A stretch of DNA of 64,000 bases from a candidate division FCPU426 bacterium (GTDB lineage: Bacteria; Oederibacteriota; Muellerivitia; Muellerivitales; Muellerivitaceae). Numbering within the stretch: position 1 is the stretch's first letter; each line of letters opens with the position of its first letter. This document shows, piece after piece, positions 19,056 through 29,090 of this stretch. The stretch spans positions 1 to 64,000 of the forward strand of contig CAVYSE010000026.1 in NCBI GenBank assembly GCA_963771075.1. Direction: 5' to 3'. The notes below the pieces were generated by a model. That model worked only from the letters and a program-made list of their open reading frames with translations, was not told the origin of the DNA and did no database searches. A program made the translations under genes and the position numbers.

Positions 19056-21644
19056 ATGGATAAATCCAGGGTATGGGTGGCCGTTTTTTGGCTGGGCCTG
19101 GCTTGCCCCATTTGGCCGGGTGAGGTCGTGGTGGACGCGAGCCGCACCTGCCAGGTAATACGCGGGTTTGGGGCCTCAAGCGCCTGGATCTCCCCCAAAA
19201 TATCGGACAGCCTCGCGCAGATGTTTTTCGACCCTGAAAGCGGCATCGGGCTTTCCATGCTCCGGACCCGCATCCCGCCGGACTGGAATTGGGATTCGGA
19301 AGTGCCCGCCATGCGCCAGGCCCGGGCCTGGGGCGTGACCCAGATATGGAGCTCGGAATGGACCCCGCCTCCCTCCTATAAGAGTAACCGGGACCCCAAC
19401 CATGGCGGCACCCTCCTGCCGGAACATTACCAGGATTACGCCGACTACCTGGTCCGTTACGTCCAGGATTTGAAAACCCACGACCAAATCGACCTCTTCG
19501 CCCTCTCGCCCCAGAATGAGCCGGATTACTCGACCGACTATGAATCCTGCTTATGGAGCGGGGAAGCGTTCCGGATCTTTGTGCGGGATTTCCTGGGCCC
19601 GGCGTTCAAGGCCCATGGGATCACGGCCAAGATCGTCCTACCCGAATCCTACAAGAACGACCTGGCCCTTTCGGACCCCTCCCTGGACGATCCGGCCGCG
19701 GCGGGCTTCGTGGGCGTCCTGGGGGAACATTTATATGGAGGCGGACCCCTGCCCTATTCCCGCGCCCGGGACCTGGGGAAGGAATATTGGGAAACCGAGG
19801 TCTCGGACTTCAAATCCTTCGACCGGGGGATGGCCAGCGGATTGAAGTTGGCCCTGCAGGTACACCGGTGCCTGTCGGTCGACGGCATGAACGCCTACCA
19901 CTATTGGTGGCTGGTCCCCGGGGGCAATAAAAACGACAACGAGGCCTTGACCGACGCGGTGGGGGGAGCCACCAAGCGCCTCTATTGCCTCGGAAACTTC
20001 AGCAAGTTCATCCGGCCCGGTTTTTTCCGCGTCGAGACGACGCCCGGCAACGACCCGGACCTATGGGTCTCCGCCTATTCGGACGCCACCTCGGGCCGTT
20101 TCGTGGTGGTGGCGGTCAACAACGGGAACCAGCCCTTGACCAAAGTTTTCCGCCTGGAGGGGATGACCCCTGCCTCCGTCACTCCCTGGGTGACCGACGA
20201 AGGCCGCGACCTCGAAAAACAACCGGGGCTGGCCCTGTCGGAGGGGGCCTTCACCTATGTGCTTCCCCCATTAAGCGTGGTGACCCTCAACGGCCAGGCG
20301 TCCCATTTCGTCCCTACCGCCACGCCCACACCGACCCCGCCGGCCTCCCTCTCCACCGCGAATCTTTCCTGCCTGGTCGACGACCTGGAGCAGGGCGGCA
20401 AGGTCAACCGTTGGGGCGGCACCTGGGGCACCTATTCGGGTCCCCGCAGCCATGTCGATTTCGGGGTGGAGAAGGGCGGATCACCCCTTTCCCCCACCTA
20501 TTGCGCCTCGGCCAAGGGCTCCGTTTCGGATTACGGCGGGATGACCTGCCCCCTGGGCGGCGCCGGCTTGCCGGTGAACCTATCGCGCTACAGCGGGGTT
20601 TGCTTTTACACCAAGGGCAACGGGTCCACCTATTGGTTCCAGGCCACCATCCCCTCCATCCAGGACGGGGACCATTACGGTAAGACCTTCCAGGCCGGTC
20701 CGTCATGGAAACCGGTGACCCTTCGGTTCGACGAGATGTCGCAAAGGAATTTCGGGGCATCGAAACCCTTTACCCCGGACCAGGTGATCCTGCTGCAATG
20801 GGGCAATAGCATGGCGGGAGAGATGGATTTCCAGGTGGACGACGTCCGCCTGTTGGGGGCGGATTGCCCCCCGATGGCCGTTCCGGCACCCGCGCGGGTT
20901 CCAGCCAACCTGCCCCTGCGCCGGTTGGACCCCAACTCCATGGCGGCCCATCAACAACTGCTGGAAAAGGCGAAGAAAGGGCGAATTGACATCTACTTTG
21001 AGGGGGATTCCATCGTCCGCCGGTGGGGAGCCACCGACTACCCGGAGCTGCTGGATAACTGGAAGCGTAATTTCTTCGGCTGGAACGCCGCCGATTTCGG
21101 CTGGGGCGCCGACCTGATCCAAAACATCCTGTGGCGCCTCCAAAACGGGGAATTGGACGGCGTGAATCCGAAGGTCATCGTCCTGCTCGCGGGGACCAAT
21201 AATGCGGGCGATCCTTCCCCGGGCGGGGACAACGCCGCCAAGATCCGGGATATCACCGGTGGGTTCGAGGCGCTCCTGGGGACGATGCGCGACAAGGCGC
21301 CGGACGCCGTCATCCTGCTCACGGCGATCTTTCCGCGCAATGACAACCCGGCCCTGATGCCCTTGATCGAGGGGATCAACGAAAACCTTTCCCGCTTGGC
21401 CGACGGCAAAAAAATACGTTTCCTGAATATCAATGACCGGTTGGCGGACAAGAACGGAAAACTTTTCGAAGGGATGATGAACGCCGACCGGCTCCATCCC
21501 GCGCTCCAGGGTTACCAGGTTTGGGCGGACGCGCTCAAACCCCTGTTGACGGAATTGCTCGGTCCTCCCGGCAGGGTGGACCAGGCGCCTCCTGCCACGG
21601 GTGATCCAAGCCTGACGGGAGTGAAGGCTGGGAATAACCCCTGA
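19056..21644 (+). CDS. GH30 xylanase-like hydrolase + CIA30/CBM11-like module + C-terminal SGNH/GDSL esterase
   Basis: ATG 19056 with upstream AAGGA and a signal peptide. [41 protein letters not shown]-like NLSRYSGVCFYTKG..FQVDDVRL. SGNH blocks FEGDSI, FGWGAD, LAGTNN, DRLHP. Confidence 0.9.
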   Translation: MDKSRVWVAVFWLGLACPIWPGEVVVDASRTCQVIRGFGASSAWISPKISDSLAQMFFDPESGIGLSMLRTRIPPDWNWDSEVPAMRQARAWGVTQIWSSEWTPPPSYKSNRDPNHGGTLLPEHYQDYADYLVRYVQDLKTHDQIDLFALSPQNEPDYSTDYESCLWSGEAFRIFVRDFLGPAFKAHGITAKIVLPESYKNDLALSDPSLDDPAAAGFVGVLGEHLYGGGPLPYSRARDLGKEYWETEVSDFKSFDRGMASGLKLALQVHRCLSVDGMNAYHYWWLVPGGNKNDNEALTDAVGGATKRLYCLGNFSKFIRPGFFRVETTPGNDPDLWVSAYSDATSGRFVVVAVNNGNQPLTKVFRLEGMTPASVTPWVTDEGRDLEKQPGLALSEGAFTYVLPPLSVVTLNGQASHFVPTATPTPTPPASLSTANLSCLVDDLEQGGKVNRWGGTWGTYSGPRSHVDFGVEKGGSPLSPTYCASAKGSVSDYGGMTCPLGGAGLPVNLSRYSGVCFYTKGNGSTYWFQATIPSIQDGDHYGKTFQAGPSWKPVTLRFDEMSQRNFGASKPFTPDQVILLQWGNSMAGEMDFQVDDVRLLGADCPPMAVPAPARVPANLPLRRLDPNSMAAHQQLLEKAKKGRIDIYFEGDSIVRRWGATDYPELLDNWKRNFFGWNAADFGWGADLIQNILWRLQNGELDGVNPKVIVLLAGTNNAGDPSPGGDNAAKIRDITGGFEALLGTMRDKAPDAVILLTAIFPRNDNPALMPLIEGINENLSRLADGKKIRFLNINDRLADKNGKLFEGMMNADRLHPALQGYQVWADALKPLLTELLGPPGRVDQAPPATGDPSLTGVKAGNNP

Positions 21645-21798
21645 CATAGCGGGCCTGGGTGAAAAAGGCCCCTCGGGATCGGAAACAAAACCAACCACTT
21701 TCACTGCCACTCGCCTCCATTTTGGGAAAGGTTCCGAAAACAAGGTTTACCTAAAGCAGGTTATTCCATTTCCCTTGGGGCGAACGTTGCGATAGTCT

Positions 21799-21815
21799 GT
21801 GAAATAAAAAATAGG
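21799..21815 (+). promoter_or_regulatory. 17 bp motif GTGAAATAAAAAATAGG, copy 1
   Basis: Identical to 25431-25447; both lie in intergenic DNA upstream of plus-strand lipoprotein genes. Confidence 0.5.
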
Positions 21816-21935
21816 GTCATCTGTATCGTTCCATAAGCAGGATTTTTCGCTTCCCGCCGGTCCCCGGTCGATGAAGTTATAGTGAATCGTCCGGCCTGGA
21901 TTGGGGACCACGCCGGCTAGGAGCCGCATAGGAGG

Positions 21936-22763
21936 ATGGGAATGAAACCCTTTTCGCTGGGGCTGGGCCTGCTGGTTTGCTTGGGGGTTGGGATTTTGGG
22001 CTGTCCATCGAAGAACAATCCCGCCGTTCCCCCCGCCCCCTCCAGTAACGGATCGACCGCGACCTGGACCCCCTCCGCGACCAACACGCTTGTGAATACC
22101 GCCACTGCCACCGCGACCCCGACGGCCACCTCGGCCCTCAGCAGCACCCCGACCCCCACCCCGACCAACACGGTCCCACCCGGGTCCACCGCCACCCTGA
22201 CCCCTTCCGTGACCACCAGCCCCACGAACACGGCTTCCCCTACGATCACCTCGACGCCCGGCCCGGTCGCCACCTATTTCGAGGGCGCGAGTTACAGCCT
22301 GACCGGATGGACGGATAGTCCCACGGGAGCCGTCACGATCACGCCCCTATTCCTGGTCGCGGGAGGATACGGCGCCAGCACGGATGGCGCGGGGGTTAGC
22401 GTGACCTGGAGCGCGCAGAGCCAGAACGTGGCCATTTGGTACAACTATGGCACCTCTTCCAATTGGTCGAGCCTGGGGATCACCGGCTTCCAGGCTTGGA
22501 TCATCGCCAATCCATTGCCATCGGACAATACGGGCATGCAACTGACTTGTGAGAGCGGCAGCGGTTACAATTGGCAGCAAAGCGGTTGGAACAACGTGGG
22601 CGCCGCCAACACCTGGCAGCAAGTCAGCTACACCCCGCCTTTCACGGCGACAGGGTCGGATAACACGAATGTCGAGGGCTTCGCTTTCCAATTCGACACG
22701 GGCGGGGCCTCCACCGCTTACTCGACGGACTTGCTTGAAATCAGCAACGTGGAACTCTATTAA
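21936..22763 (+). CDS. Lipoprotein with Thr-rich linker and CBM-like jelly-roll domain
   Basis: Lipobox ILGC, TPT linker, Trp-rich domain NWSSLGITGFQAWI..NTWQQVSY..ISNVELY, similar to the domains of 34418-35674. Confidence 0.75.
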   Translation: MGMKPFSLGLGLLVCLGVGILGCPSKNNPAVPPAPSSNGSTATWTPSATNTLVNTATATATPTATSALSSTPTPTPTNTVPPGSTATLTPSVTTSPTNTASPTITSTPGPVATYFEGASYSLTGWTDSPTGAVTITPLFLVAGGYGASTDGAGVSVTWSAQSQNVAIWYNYGTSSNWSSLGITGFQAWIIANPLPSDNTGMQLTCESGSGYNWQQSGWNNVGAANTWQQVSYTPPFTATGSDNTNVEGFAFQFDTGGASTAYSTDLLEISNVELY

Positions 22764-22923
22764 GGAAACCTCTATTAATTCACCACCAAGGCACAAAGAC
22801 ACCAAGAAAACTTTATTTTATTGATGTCGGCAAAACCAAAAAGGCAATTTCTAGAGGTGCCTTAATCTGGGTCCGGCCCCCCATTAGGGAATACCAGCCG
22901 GGCCCCGAAGGAACGTTGGATTA

Positions 22924-25401
22924 ATGGCCTCCACCCAAAAAATCCTGACTGGAAAGGCGTCCACCCTGCTTCGAATTCATTTCTTCCTTCTTTCGTGCTT
23001 GTTCCTATCCCCCTCCGCCCAGGCGGAAATAACCCTTCCCGCCCTTTTTGGCGATCACATGGTCCTTCAGCAAGGGAGTCCTTCGGTCTGGGGAAAGGCG
23101 GAACCGGGTAAGGTCATCACGGTCTCCCTGGCCGGCCGGAAGGCGTCGGCGACGGCTGATCCGGCGGGGAAGTGGAAGGCGGTTTTTTCTTCCCTTCGCT
23201 CCGGCGGGCCTTGCGAAATGATCCTTTCCGGCGATGGGGCGGTCACTTTGACCGACGTCCTCGTCGGGGACGTTTGGCTCGGTTCCGGCCAATCCAACAT
23301 GGAGTTTTGCCTCAAGGCCACCGACGATGCCGCCGACCAAGTCCCTAAGGCGGACATGCCCGGGATGAGGCTTTTCACCCTGGCCCACCACGCCTCCGGC
23401 CTGCCGGTGGAGGATGTCCAAGGCTCGTGGAAAGTCTGCACCCCCGATACGGCGAAGGAATTTTCCGCGGTGGCTTACCATTTTGGAAGGCAGATTCAAC
23501 AAACCTTGAAGAAGCCCATCGGCTTGATCGTCAGCTGTTGGGGAGGCACCGCGGCCGAGACCTGGGTTCCCCGGGATGAGTTGGATAAGGTACCGGCCTT
23601 CGCGCCGATCCTCCAGGCCTGGGATAACGACAGCCAGATGGCCCAGGTCTGGGGCGCGGGAGCCCCTTATTCCCTGCGGCTCTCCGGCCTTCGACTCACT
23701 CCCAAGGCGGGGAAGGGCCAACCCCTGATCATCCCGCTTCCGGACGACGCTAAGGCCAAGGCCAATACCTGGAATTGTTCCGTTGCCCCCGGGTCCACGG
23801 GCACCTTTACGGCGGAGGGGAAGGGCCCCGAGGGCGGTCCCGCAGCCCTTTTATCGGGCCTCATGAAGGGAGGATGCTGGATCACCCTGACCTCGGCCCT
23901 CAAGCCGGAAAGCCCTACCGTCTCCCTAGGTGATTTTGACGCTGTGGAATTTTACGCCAAGGGTTCGGGCAAATACCGGATGAAGCTGGGCCAGCCTTCC
24001 ATTGCCGACTACGACTATTACTCCACGGATGTCTTTTCCGCCCCGGACACATGGACGCTGATGCGGTATCCCCTGCTTTCGTTGAAACAGGGGGGATGGG
24101 GCGAAACCAAACCCTTCACGCCGGACGCGGTTCAAAACGTGAATTTCACGGTCGAGATACCCTATTGGCCCGACCTGGCCGGAGTGGCCTATAACGGCAT
24201 GATCGCGCCCCTCACCCCCTTCGATATCAAGGGCGTCCTTTGGTACCAGGGCGAATCCAACGCGGGCCGGGCCTCCGATTACCATTTGCTCCTTTCGACC
24301 CTCATCCGGAGTTGGCGAGGGGCTTGGGGAAAGGACCTGCCCTTTCTCATCGTGCAGCTCCCGAATTACATGGCGGTCAAACCCCAGCCTTCCGAGAGCG
24401 GTTGGGCCGAGCTTCGGGAAGCCCAATACAAGATTTTGGATGTCCCCGGGACGGCCGTCGTGACGACCATCGACCTGGGCGCGGCGGACAACATCCATCC
24501 GAAGAAAAAGACCGAGGTGGGACGAAGGTTGTCCCTGGAGGCCCTGGGGATGGTTTACCACCAAGGGAAGGCCGCCTCCGGGCCCCGGGTGGACAGCCTG
24601 GATGCGTCCAGTGGCGCGATGCGGTTGAAGTTCAAAAATGCCGGCGGCGGCCTGGCCACGGCCGATGGCGGGCCCGTGACGGGTTTCGCGTTATGTGACG
24701 CGGATGGGAACTGGGCCTGGGCCCAAGCGAAGATCACGGGCCGGAACCGCTTGAAAGTATGGAATGACGCCATGAAAGACCCCGTCGAGATCCGGTATGC
24801 CTGGGCGGACAACCCCCTCTGCAACCTGGTCAACCAGGAAGGGCTCCCGGCTTTCCCCTTCCGTTACCGCACCGTGCCGGAGCCGCCCAGCGACGGGAAA
24901 GCTTATTTCGAAAATTGGAAAATATTGGACGGTTCGAACGCGGGGACCTACGCCGACACGAAGGGTTCCAAAATTTTATACGCGGTGGAAAAGGGACCGG
25001 CCCAGGGCTTGCGGGCGATTCGCCTGACCTACACCCTGGCCGGGTCCGGCTTTTGCGGCCTTTGGCACAACGCGGCCTATGACCTTTCCAAGGGTGCGGC
25101 GATCCTTTTCCAGGCCAAGGGAACCTTGCCGGGTCAAGTGCAAGTTGCCCTGAAGGATAAATGGAACGTCCAGTATGTGGCCATGGGAACCGTGCAAAAG
25201 GATTGGACCCAGGTGCGCGTTCCCCTATCCGCTTTCGTGAAAGACCCCTATTACACCCCCGATGGCGCCCAGCCCGGCCACCCGATGGATCTTTCGCGGG
25301 TCCAGGGAATCAATTTCGGCCCGCAAGCACCGGGAGAGGGAGACCTGTGGGTGGGGCCGCTCTCCCTGGAGGAAAGTCCGATCGGTCCCGCTTCCCGATG
25401 A
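22924..25401 (+). CDS. Sialate O-acetylesterase (SASA/DUF303)-family carbohydrate esterase with inserted and C-terminal CIA30/CBM11-like modules
   Basis: LPALFGDHMVLQQ, VGDVWLGSGQSNM, FSAVAYHFG, YNGMIAPL..IKGVLWYQGESN, PFLIVQLPN, DNIHPKKK, IRYAWADNP..NLVNQEGLPAFPFR. Confidence 0.9.
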   Translation: MASTQKILTGKASTLLRIHFFLLSCLFLSPSAQAEITLPALFGDHMVLQQGSPSVWGKAEPGKVITVSLAGRKASATADPAGKWKAVFSSLRSGGPCEMILSGDGAVTLTDVLVGDVWLGSGQSNMEFCLKATDDAADQVPKADMPGMRLFTLAHHASGLPVEDVQGSWKVCTPDTAKEFSAVAYHFGRQIQQTLKKPIGLIVSCWGGTAAETWVPRDELDKVPAFAPILQAWDNDSQMAQVWGAGAPYSLRLSGLRLTPKAGKGQPLIIPLPDDAKAKANTWNCSVAPGSTGTFTAEGKGPEGGPAALLSGLMKGGCWITLTSALKPESPTVSLGDFDAVEFYAKGSGKYRMKLGQPSIADYDYYSTDVFSAPDTWTLMRYPLLSLKQGGWGETKPFTPDAVQNVNFTVEIPYWPDLAGVAYNGMIAPLTPFDIKGVLWYQGESNAGRASDYHLLLSTLIRSWRGAWGKDLPFLIVQLPNYMAVKPQPSESGWAELREAQYKILDVPGTAVVTTIDLGAADNIHPKKKTEVGRRLSLEALGMVYHQGKAASGPRVDSLDASSGAMRLKFKNAGGGLATADGGPVTGFALCDADGNWAWAQAKITGRNRLKVWNDAMKDPVEIRYAWADNPLCNLVNQEGLPAFPFRYRTVPEPPSDGKAYFENWKILDGSNAGTYADTKGSKILYAVEKGPAQGLRAIRLTYTLAGSGFCGLWHNAAYDLSKGAAILFQAKGTLPGQVQVALKDKWNVQYVAMGTVQKDWTQVRVPLSAFVKDPYYTPDGAQPGHPMDLSRVQGINFGPQAPGEGDLWVGPLSLEESPIGPASR

Positions 25402-25430
25402 TCTCGCGGGAAAAGAAGATTTCCGAGCGA

Positions 25431-25447
25431 GTGAAATAAAAAATAGG
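25431..25447 (+). promoter_or_regulatory. 17 bp motif GTGAAATAAAAAATAGG, copy 2
   Basis: Identical to 21799-21815; starts an AT-rich promoter-like stretch upstream of the barrel operon. Confidence 0.5.
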
Positions 25448-25656
25448 ACAAATGATTAATATTTAAAAGCCTTCTTTTAATTTCAATATCCAAAGAACCC
25501 CAAAGGGGATAGATTACTTTCCGCCGGCCCCTCGTGGATGGGGAGGAGAGGGTTTTTCCAATGGCGCCGGGTGGAGGATCACCGGGGCGCCCGAACCGGG
25601 CCCTGTTTTTTTCGCCCGCATGAAATCATTCGAGGACGACCATTCATCCATTCCCA

Positions 25657-26436
25657 ATGAAGAGACAGTCCCTCTTGAAAGCCGCCTTGATCCTGTTCGG
25701 GTTGACGGCCTATTTGCATTTAGCCGGCTGTGGGGTGGTCTTCGTCAACCGGGGATCGCAAGACGAACCCTTGAGGGACGGGTTGGAAAAACCCTCGGAC
25801 CATCGGGTCGCGGTCACGGTTCCGTCCGCACAAAAGGTGATCTGCGATTTCGAGGACGGCACTACCCTCATGAATCCCCGGCTTTGGGGCGCCCCGAACG
25901 GAAGCTGGTCAGCCTATTCCTACGCGGGCAACACCGTGAACTATCCCTTCATCGTCCCGGGAGGCGCCAATGGCACCCGGGAGGCCGCCCATGTGTCCGG
26001 GACCCTGGTCAACAAGGGGGACGCCACCTATCCCGCCTTCATCCTGGCGGGCAAATTCAAGCCCAACGGCACCTATGACGCGAGCGCCTTTACCGGCATC
26101 CGTTTCTATTACCAATGCCCCTCCAGTGACCAGGCCCTGGCCAGGAGATTCGCAATTCCCATCGCTCCCACGGTCCCCTCTTCCAGCGGAGGGACCTGCG
26201 CCAGCGACTGTTACAACCATTTTGGGCAGGACCTGACCGTGACGGATGGCTGGGTCTTGAAAACGGTCCCGTTCAAGGATTTGCAAAGGGTGGCGGGATG
26301 GGGTTCTCCCGTGGGTTCGCCCGAATTTCCGGACCATTTGACGGAGATCATCGATATCGAGTGGAACCATAACTCGGCGAATACCGCCGGCAAGTACAAC
26401 ATCGATTATTGGGTGGATGAGGTTGAGTTCTATTAA
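25657..26436 (+). CDS. Lipoprotein with CIA30/CBM11-like carbohydrate-binding domain
   Basis: Lipobox LAGC; ICDFEDG, YDASAFTGIRFY, CASDCYNHFG, VPFKDLQRVAGWG, YWVDEVEFY. Paralogue of 33629-34363. Confidence 0.8.
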   Translation: MKRQSLLKAALILFGLTAYLHLAGCGVVFVNRGSQDEPLRDGLEKPSDHRVAVTVPSAQKVICDFEDGTTLMNPRLWGAPNGSWSAYSYAGNTVNYPFIVPGGANGTREAAHVSGTLVNKGDATYPAFILAGKFKPNGTYDASAFTGIRFYYQCPSSDQALARRFAIPIAPTVPSSSGGTCASDCYNHFGQDLTVTDGWVLKTVPFKDLQRVAGWGSPVGSPEFPDHLTEIIDIEWNHNSANTAGKYNIDYWVDEVEFY

Positions 26437-26528
26437 GAACCTCAAGCCGAAAGCTTTTACCACGTTCGCCTTCGGCATCCCGGCGGGCAGGTAAAGGGTT
26501 GGATTTGGAAATTTTTTTAAGGAAAGAA

Positions 26529-29051
26529 ATGAATCCGCGGATCCTGAAATTTAAAACCTTCCTCGGCCTGCTGGCGGTTGGATCGTTCCTCATCGCGGGC
26601 GCCCCGGGCCTGTCGGCCCACCCGCTGGATAACGTCACGCCCGACGACGCGCTTTACCAACGGGTCCAAAAACTGGGGGACGCCGGGCTCCTGGACCCGG
26701 GTGACCAGGCCCTTTTGGACCAGGGGAGGATCGTGACCCGGTTGGAGCTGGCTTTGTTCGTGGAAAAATCCGAATCCCGCCTCGGGATCGGGCCCGAGAC
26801 GGGGTCCAACCCATCCCCCCTCGTGGTCGCCCAGGCGCCTCCCGCGCCCGAACCGGTCCTATCGACCCCGGCCTCCGCGAACACGCCTTCCGCCTCCCCC
26901 CTTTCTCCCTCCGTCGGCCCCGCCCTTCAAAAGGAGATCCGGGAACTGCTGAAGATATTGGAGGAGGAATCATCCTACCTGCGGACGAGGTTGAGCCTGG
27001 ATGACGTGCGCGTCCACCAACAGGAAAAGGAACTCGAGAAACTCCAGGCCGCGCAGGCCGAGGTCGACGCCACCTTCCGGAAAGCCGATGAATCGACCGG
27101 AAGCCCGCATTTCACCTCCATTTCCAACCTGCGGGTCGAGAACCTGGACCTGTCGGGGATCACGGCGGTCAGCGCCTCGCGGATCCAGGAGGAAGTGAAC
27201 CTGGGGGCCTGGAGCGACCTGGGCGGGAAGGGTTCCATCAGCGTGGGCCTGGGCGGTTACCTGTTCGGGTCCAACGCCTCCTCCAGCCCGGTCTCCATCT
27301 ACCAATTCTCGCCGGTCGTCAATTACAACCTGGACGGGAAGCTGGGCCACTGGAGCGCCACCGTGGCGGTGGAGGACTATACCTACGACACGGACCTGGG
27401 GGTCTTCACGCGCGGCCAGGCGCCCGGGATCCTCCGGTTCGAGGATCCCTTCGACATCAAGAAATATTCCGCCGATAAGGACCTGAAAAACTGGGACGAT
27501 TACATGACCAACCTGGGCTATGTCCCGAGCGCGGTGGCCTGGCAGTCCCAGAACAGCTCCACCAAGGTCTTTGACGGCCTTTATATGATCGGAAGCCAGC
27601 TGCCCCTGGTCAGCCCCGACGCGCGGGCCACGATCCTGCTCGGCCGGATGGGAAGCAGCGTGGAACCCAACGAATGGGAGGAAGCCCTCAAGTACAGCCA
27701 ACCCTGGCTGGGCGGCGCGCTCATGACTTCCTTCTCGACCCTTTGGGTGAACGACAACGACGGGATCGTCCCCGCCGAAACCGCGGCCATCGACATGAAG
27801 GATTACGCGGCGAATATCGGGATCGATCTGCACCCCGTCTTCATCGGGCTGGACGCGGCCTTCTCCGATTTCTATACCGGCATGGACTCCCAAAACCCGC
27901 TGGATCCCCAGGTCTTGTCCGCGCCCGCCGGCCAGGCCTCCCTTTCCCTCTACCCCCTGACCTTTTATTACACCGCCATTAGCGACGGATACGCCAATAT
28001 GCAAAGCAAGGTGGTCCTGGCCGGCATCAACTCGCCCCGGTTCGGATTGCCCAATATCGTCGGCACGACCCAAGCCTCCGGCGTCGGGGCCAGCAATGCC
28101 GGCGTCTTCGACAATCCGGGATATGTGGGCATGGTGGACGACTTGGTCAGCAACCGCTACGGCTGGCGCGCCAACCTGGGGTGGAAAGGCCGGCAGGAAA
28201 GCTGGTCCAAGGATCTGCCCGCGTTCCTGGACGATATTTTGGTCAATTTCGACGTGGCGCAAAAGACCGAATATTCCGTTTTGCCGGACGAGGTGGGGCA
28301 TAACGTGGTTCAGGTCAACGACATCCTCACCGTTTACTACCCGGAGGACACCGGCCTTTGGGGCAACAGCCTTTGGGGGGGATACAACGGGTTGCAGTCC
28401 GTCGGGACGGAGTACGTGAACCATCTCACGGCGCAACGCAACGACGGAATCTCCGATGAAGTCTATATGATGGTGGGGAATGGCACCACCCAAAGGGTGC
28501 CCTTCATGCTTCCGGTCTATTCCTCCCCGGGAGTTCTGGCGACCTCCGGAGGCGAAAACCTTTACACCCTCTTGGACCACCTCAAGACCTATCACTACCT
28601 GACCCTCACCACGAAAATCCAATTCAACAAATGGTTCAATCTGTCCAGCCCCTTCTATGGCAGTTTCTTTTTCACGGACAATGGTGTTTCCGGGAACACG
28701 GCCAATCCCGTCCTTTCCGCCATGCCCGACCCCAACCGGCCGGGACAAACCCTGGGTTCCATCCCCAGCCTGTTCGACCAGACCGTCTACGATGGCTCCT
28801 TGATGGTCCAGGTGGTCCGCAACGTGCAAGTCATGGGCGATTATGGCTTGGAACTTTGGAAATCGGATTACACCTATCCCCTGGTCGATCAGCGAACCGA
28901 TTCGGTCGGCCTGGGGCTGGCCTATGACCTGCCCTGGGGCGGCGGCAAACTGGAAGCGCGTTACAAGCACCTGGTTTTCCAGGACACCTACGTGCCGGCC
29001 AACAATTACCAGGCCGACCAGGTCTACACCTATTTCCTGTTTGGCTTTTAA
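26529..29051 (+). CDS. Outer-membrane beta-barrel protein 1 with N-terminal SLH-like domain and coiled coil
   Basis: Signal peptide; SLH-like DNVTPDDALYQRVQKLGDAGLL..IVTRLELALFV; coiled coil LQKEIRELLKILEEE..LEKLQAAQAEV; amphipathic beta-strands; C-terminal YTYFLFGF. Confidence 0.75.
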   Translation: MNPRILKFKTFLGLLAVGSFLIAGAPGLSAHPLDNVTPDDALYQRVQKLGDAGLLDPGDQALLDQGRIVTRLELALFVEKSESRLGIGPETGSNPSPLVVAQAPPAPEPVLSTPASANTPSASPLSPSVGPALQKEIRELLKILEEESSYLRTRLSLDDVRVHQQEKELEKLQAAQAEVDATFRKADESTGSPHFTSISNLRVENLDLSGITAVSASRIQEEVNLGAWSDLGGKGSISVGLGGYLFGSNASSSPVSIYQFSPVVNYNLDGKLGHWSATVAVEDYTYDTDLGVFTRGQAPGILRFEDPFDIKKYSADKDLKNWDDYMTNLGYVPSAVAWQSQNSSTKVFDGLYMIGSQLPLVSPDARATILLGRMGSSVEPNEWEEALKYSQPWLGGALMTSFSTLWVNDNDGIVPAETAAIDMKDYAANIGIDLHPVFIGLDAAFSDFYTGMDSQNPLDPQVLSAPAGQASLSLYPLTFYYTAISDGYANMQSKVVLAGINSPRFGLPNIVGTTQASGVGASNAGVFDNPGYVGMVDDLVSNRYGWRANLGWKGRQESWSKDLPAFLDDILVNFDVAQKTEYSVLPDEVGHNVVQVNDILTVYYPEDTGLWGNSLWGGYNGLQSVGTEYVNHLTAQRNDGISDEVYMMVGNGTTQRVPFMLPVYSSPGVLATSGGENLYTLLDHLKTYHYLTLTTKIQFNKWFNLSSPFYGSFFFTDNGVSGNTANPVLSAMPDPNRPGQTLGSIPSLFDQTVYDGSLMVQVVRNVQVMGDYGLELWKSDYTYPLVDQRTDSVGLGLAYDLPWGGGKLEARYKHLVFQDTYVPANNYQADQVYTYFLFGF

Positions 29052-29090
29052 GGAATGGTTTCGAAAGGCGGAAGAGTGTTGAGGAAAAAA

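Noticed and set aside
22781..22808. CACCAAGGCACAAAGACACCAAGA short imperfect tandem motif, REP-like
   Set aside because: Single occurrence with no inverted partner in the window; too little to call a repeat element.
26970..28970. 666 aa antisense ORF, and likewise 35991-36974, 37077-38939, 40750-41829 and 41889-42974
   Set aside because: Shadow ORFs opposite well-supported genes, with no recognisable motifs.
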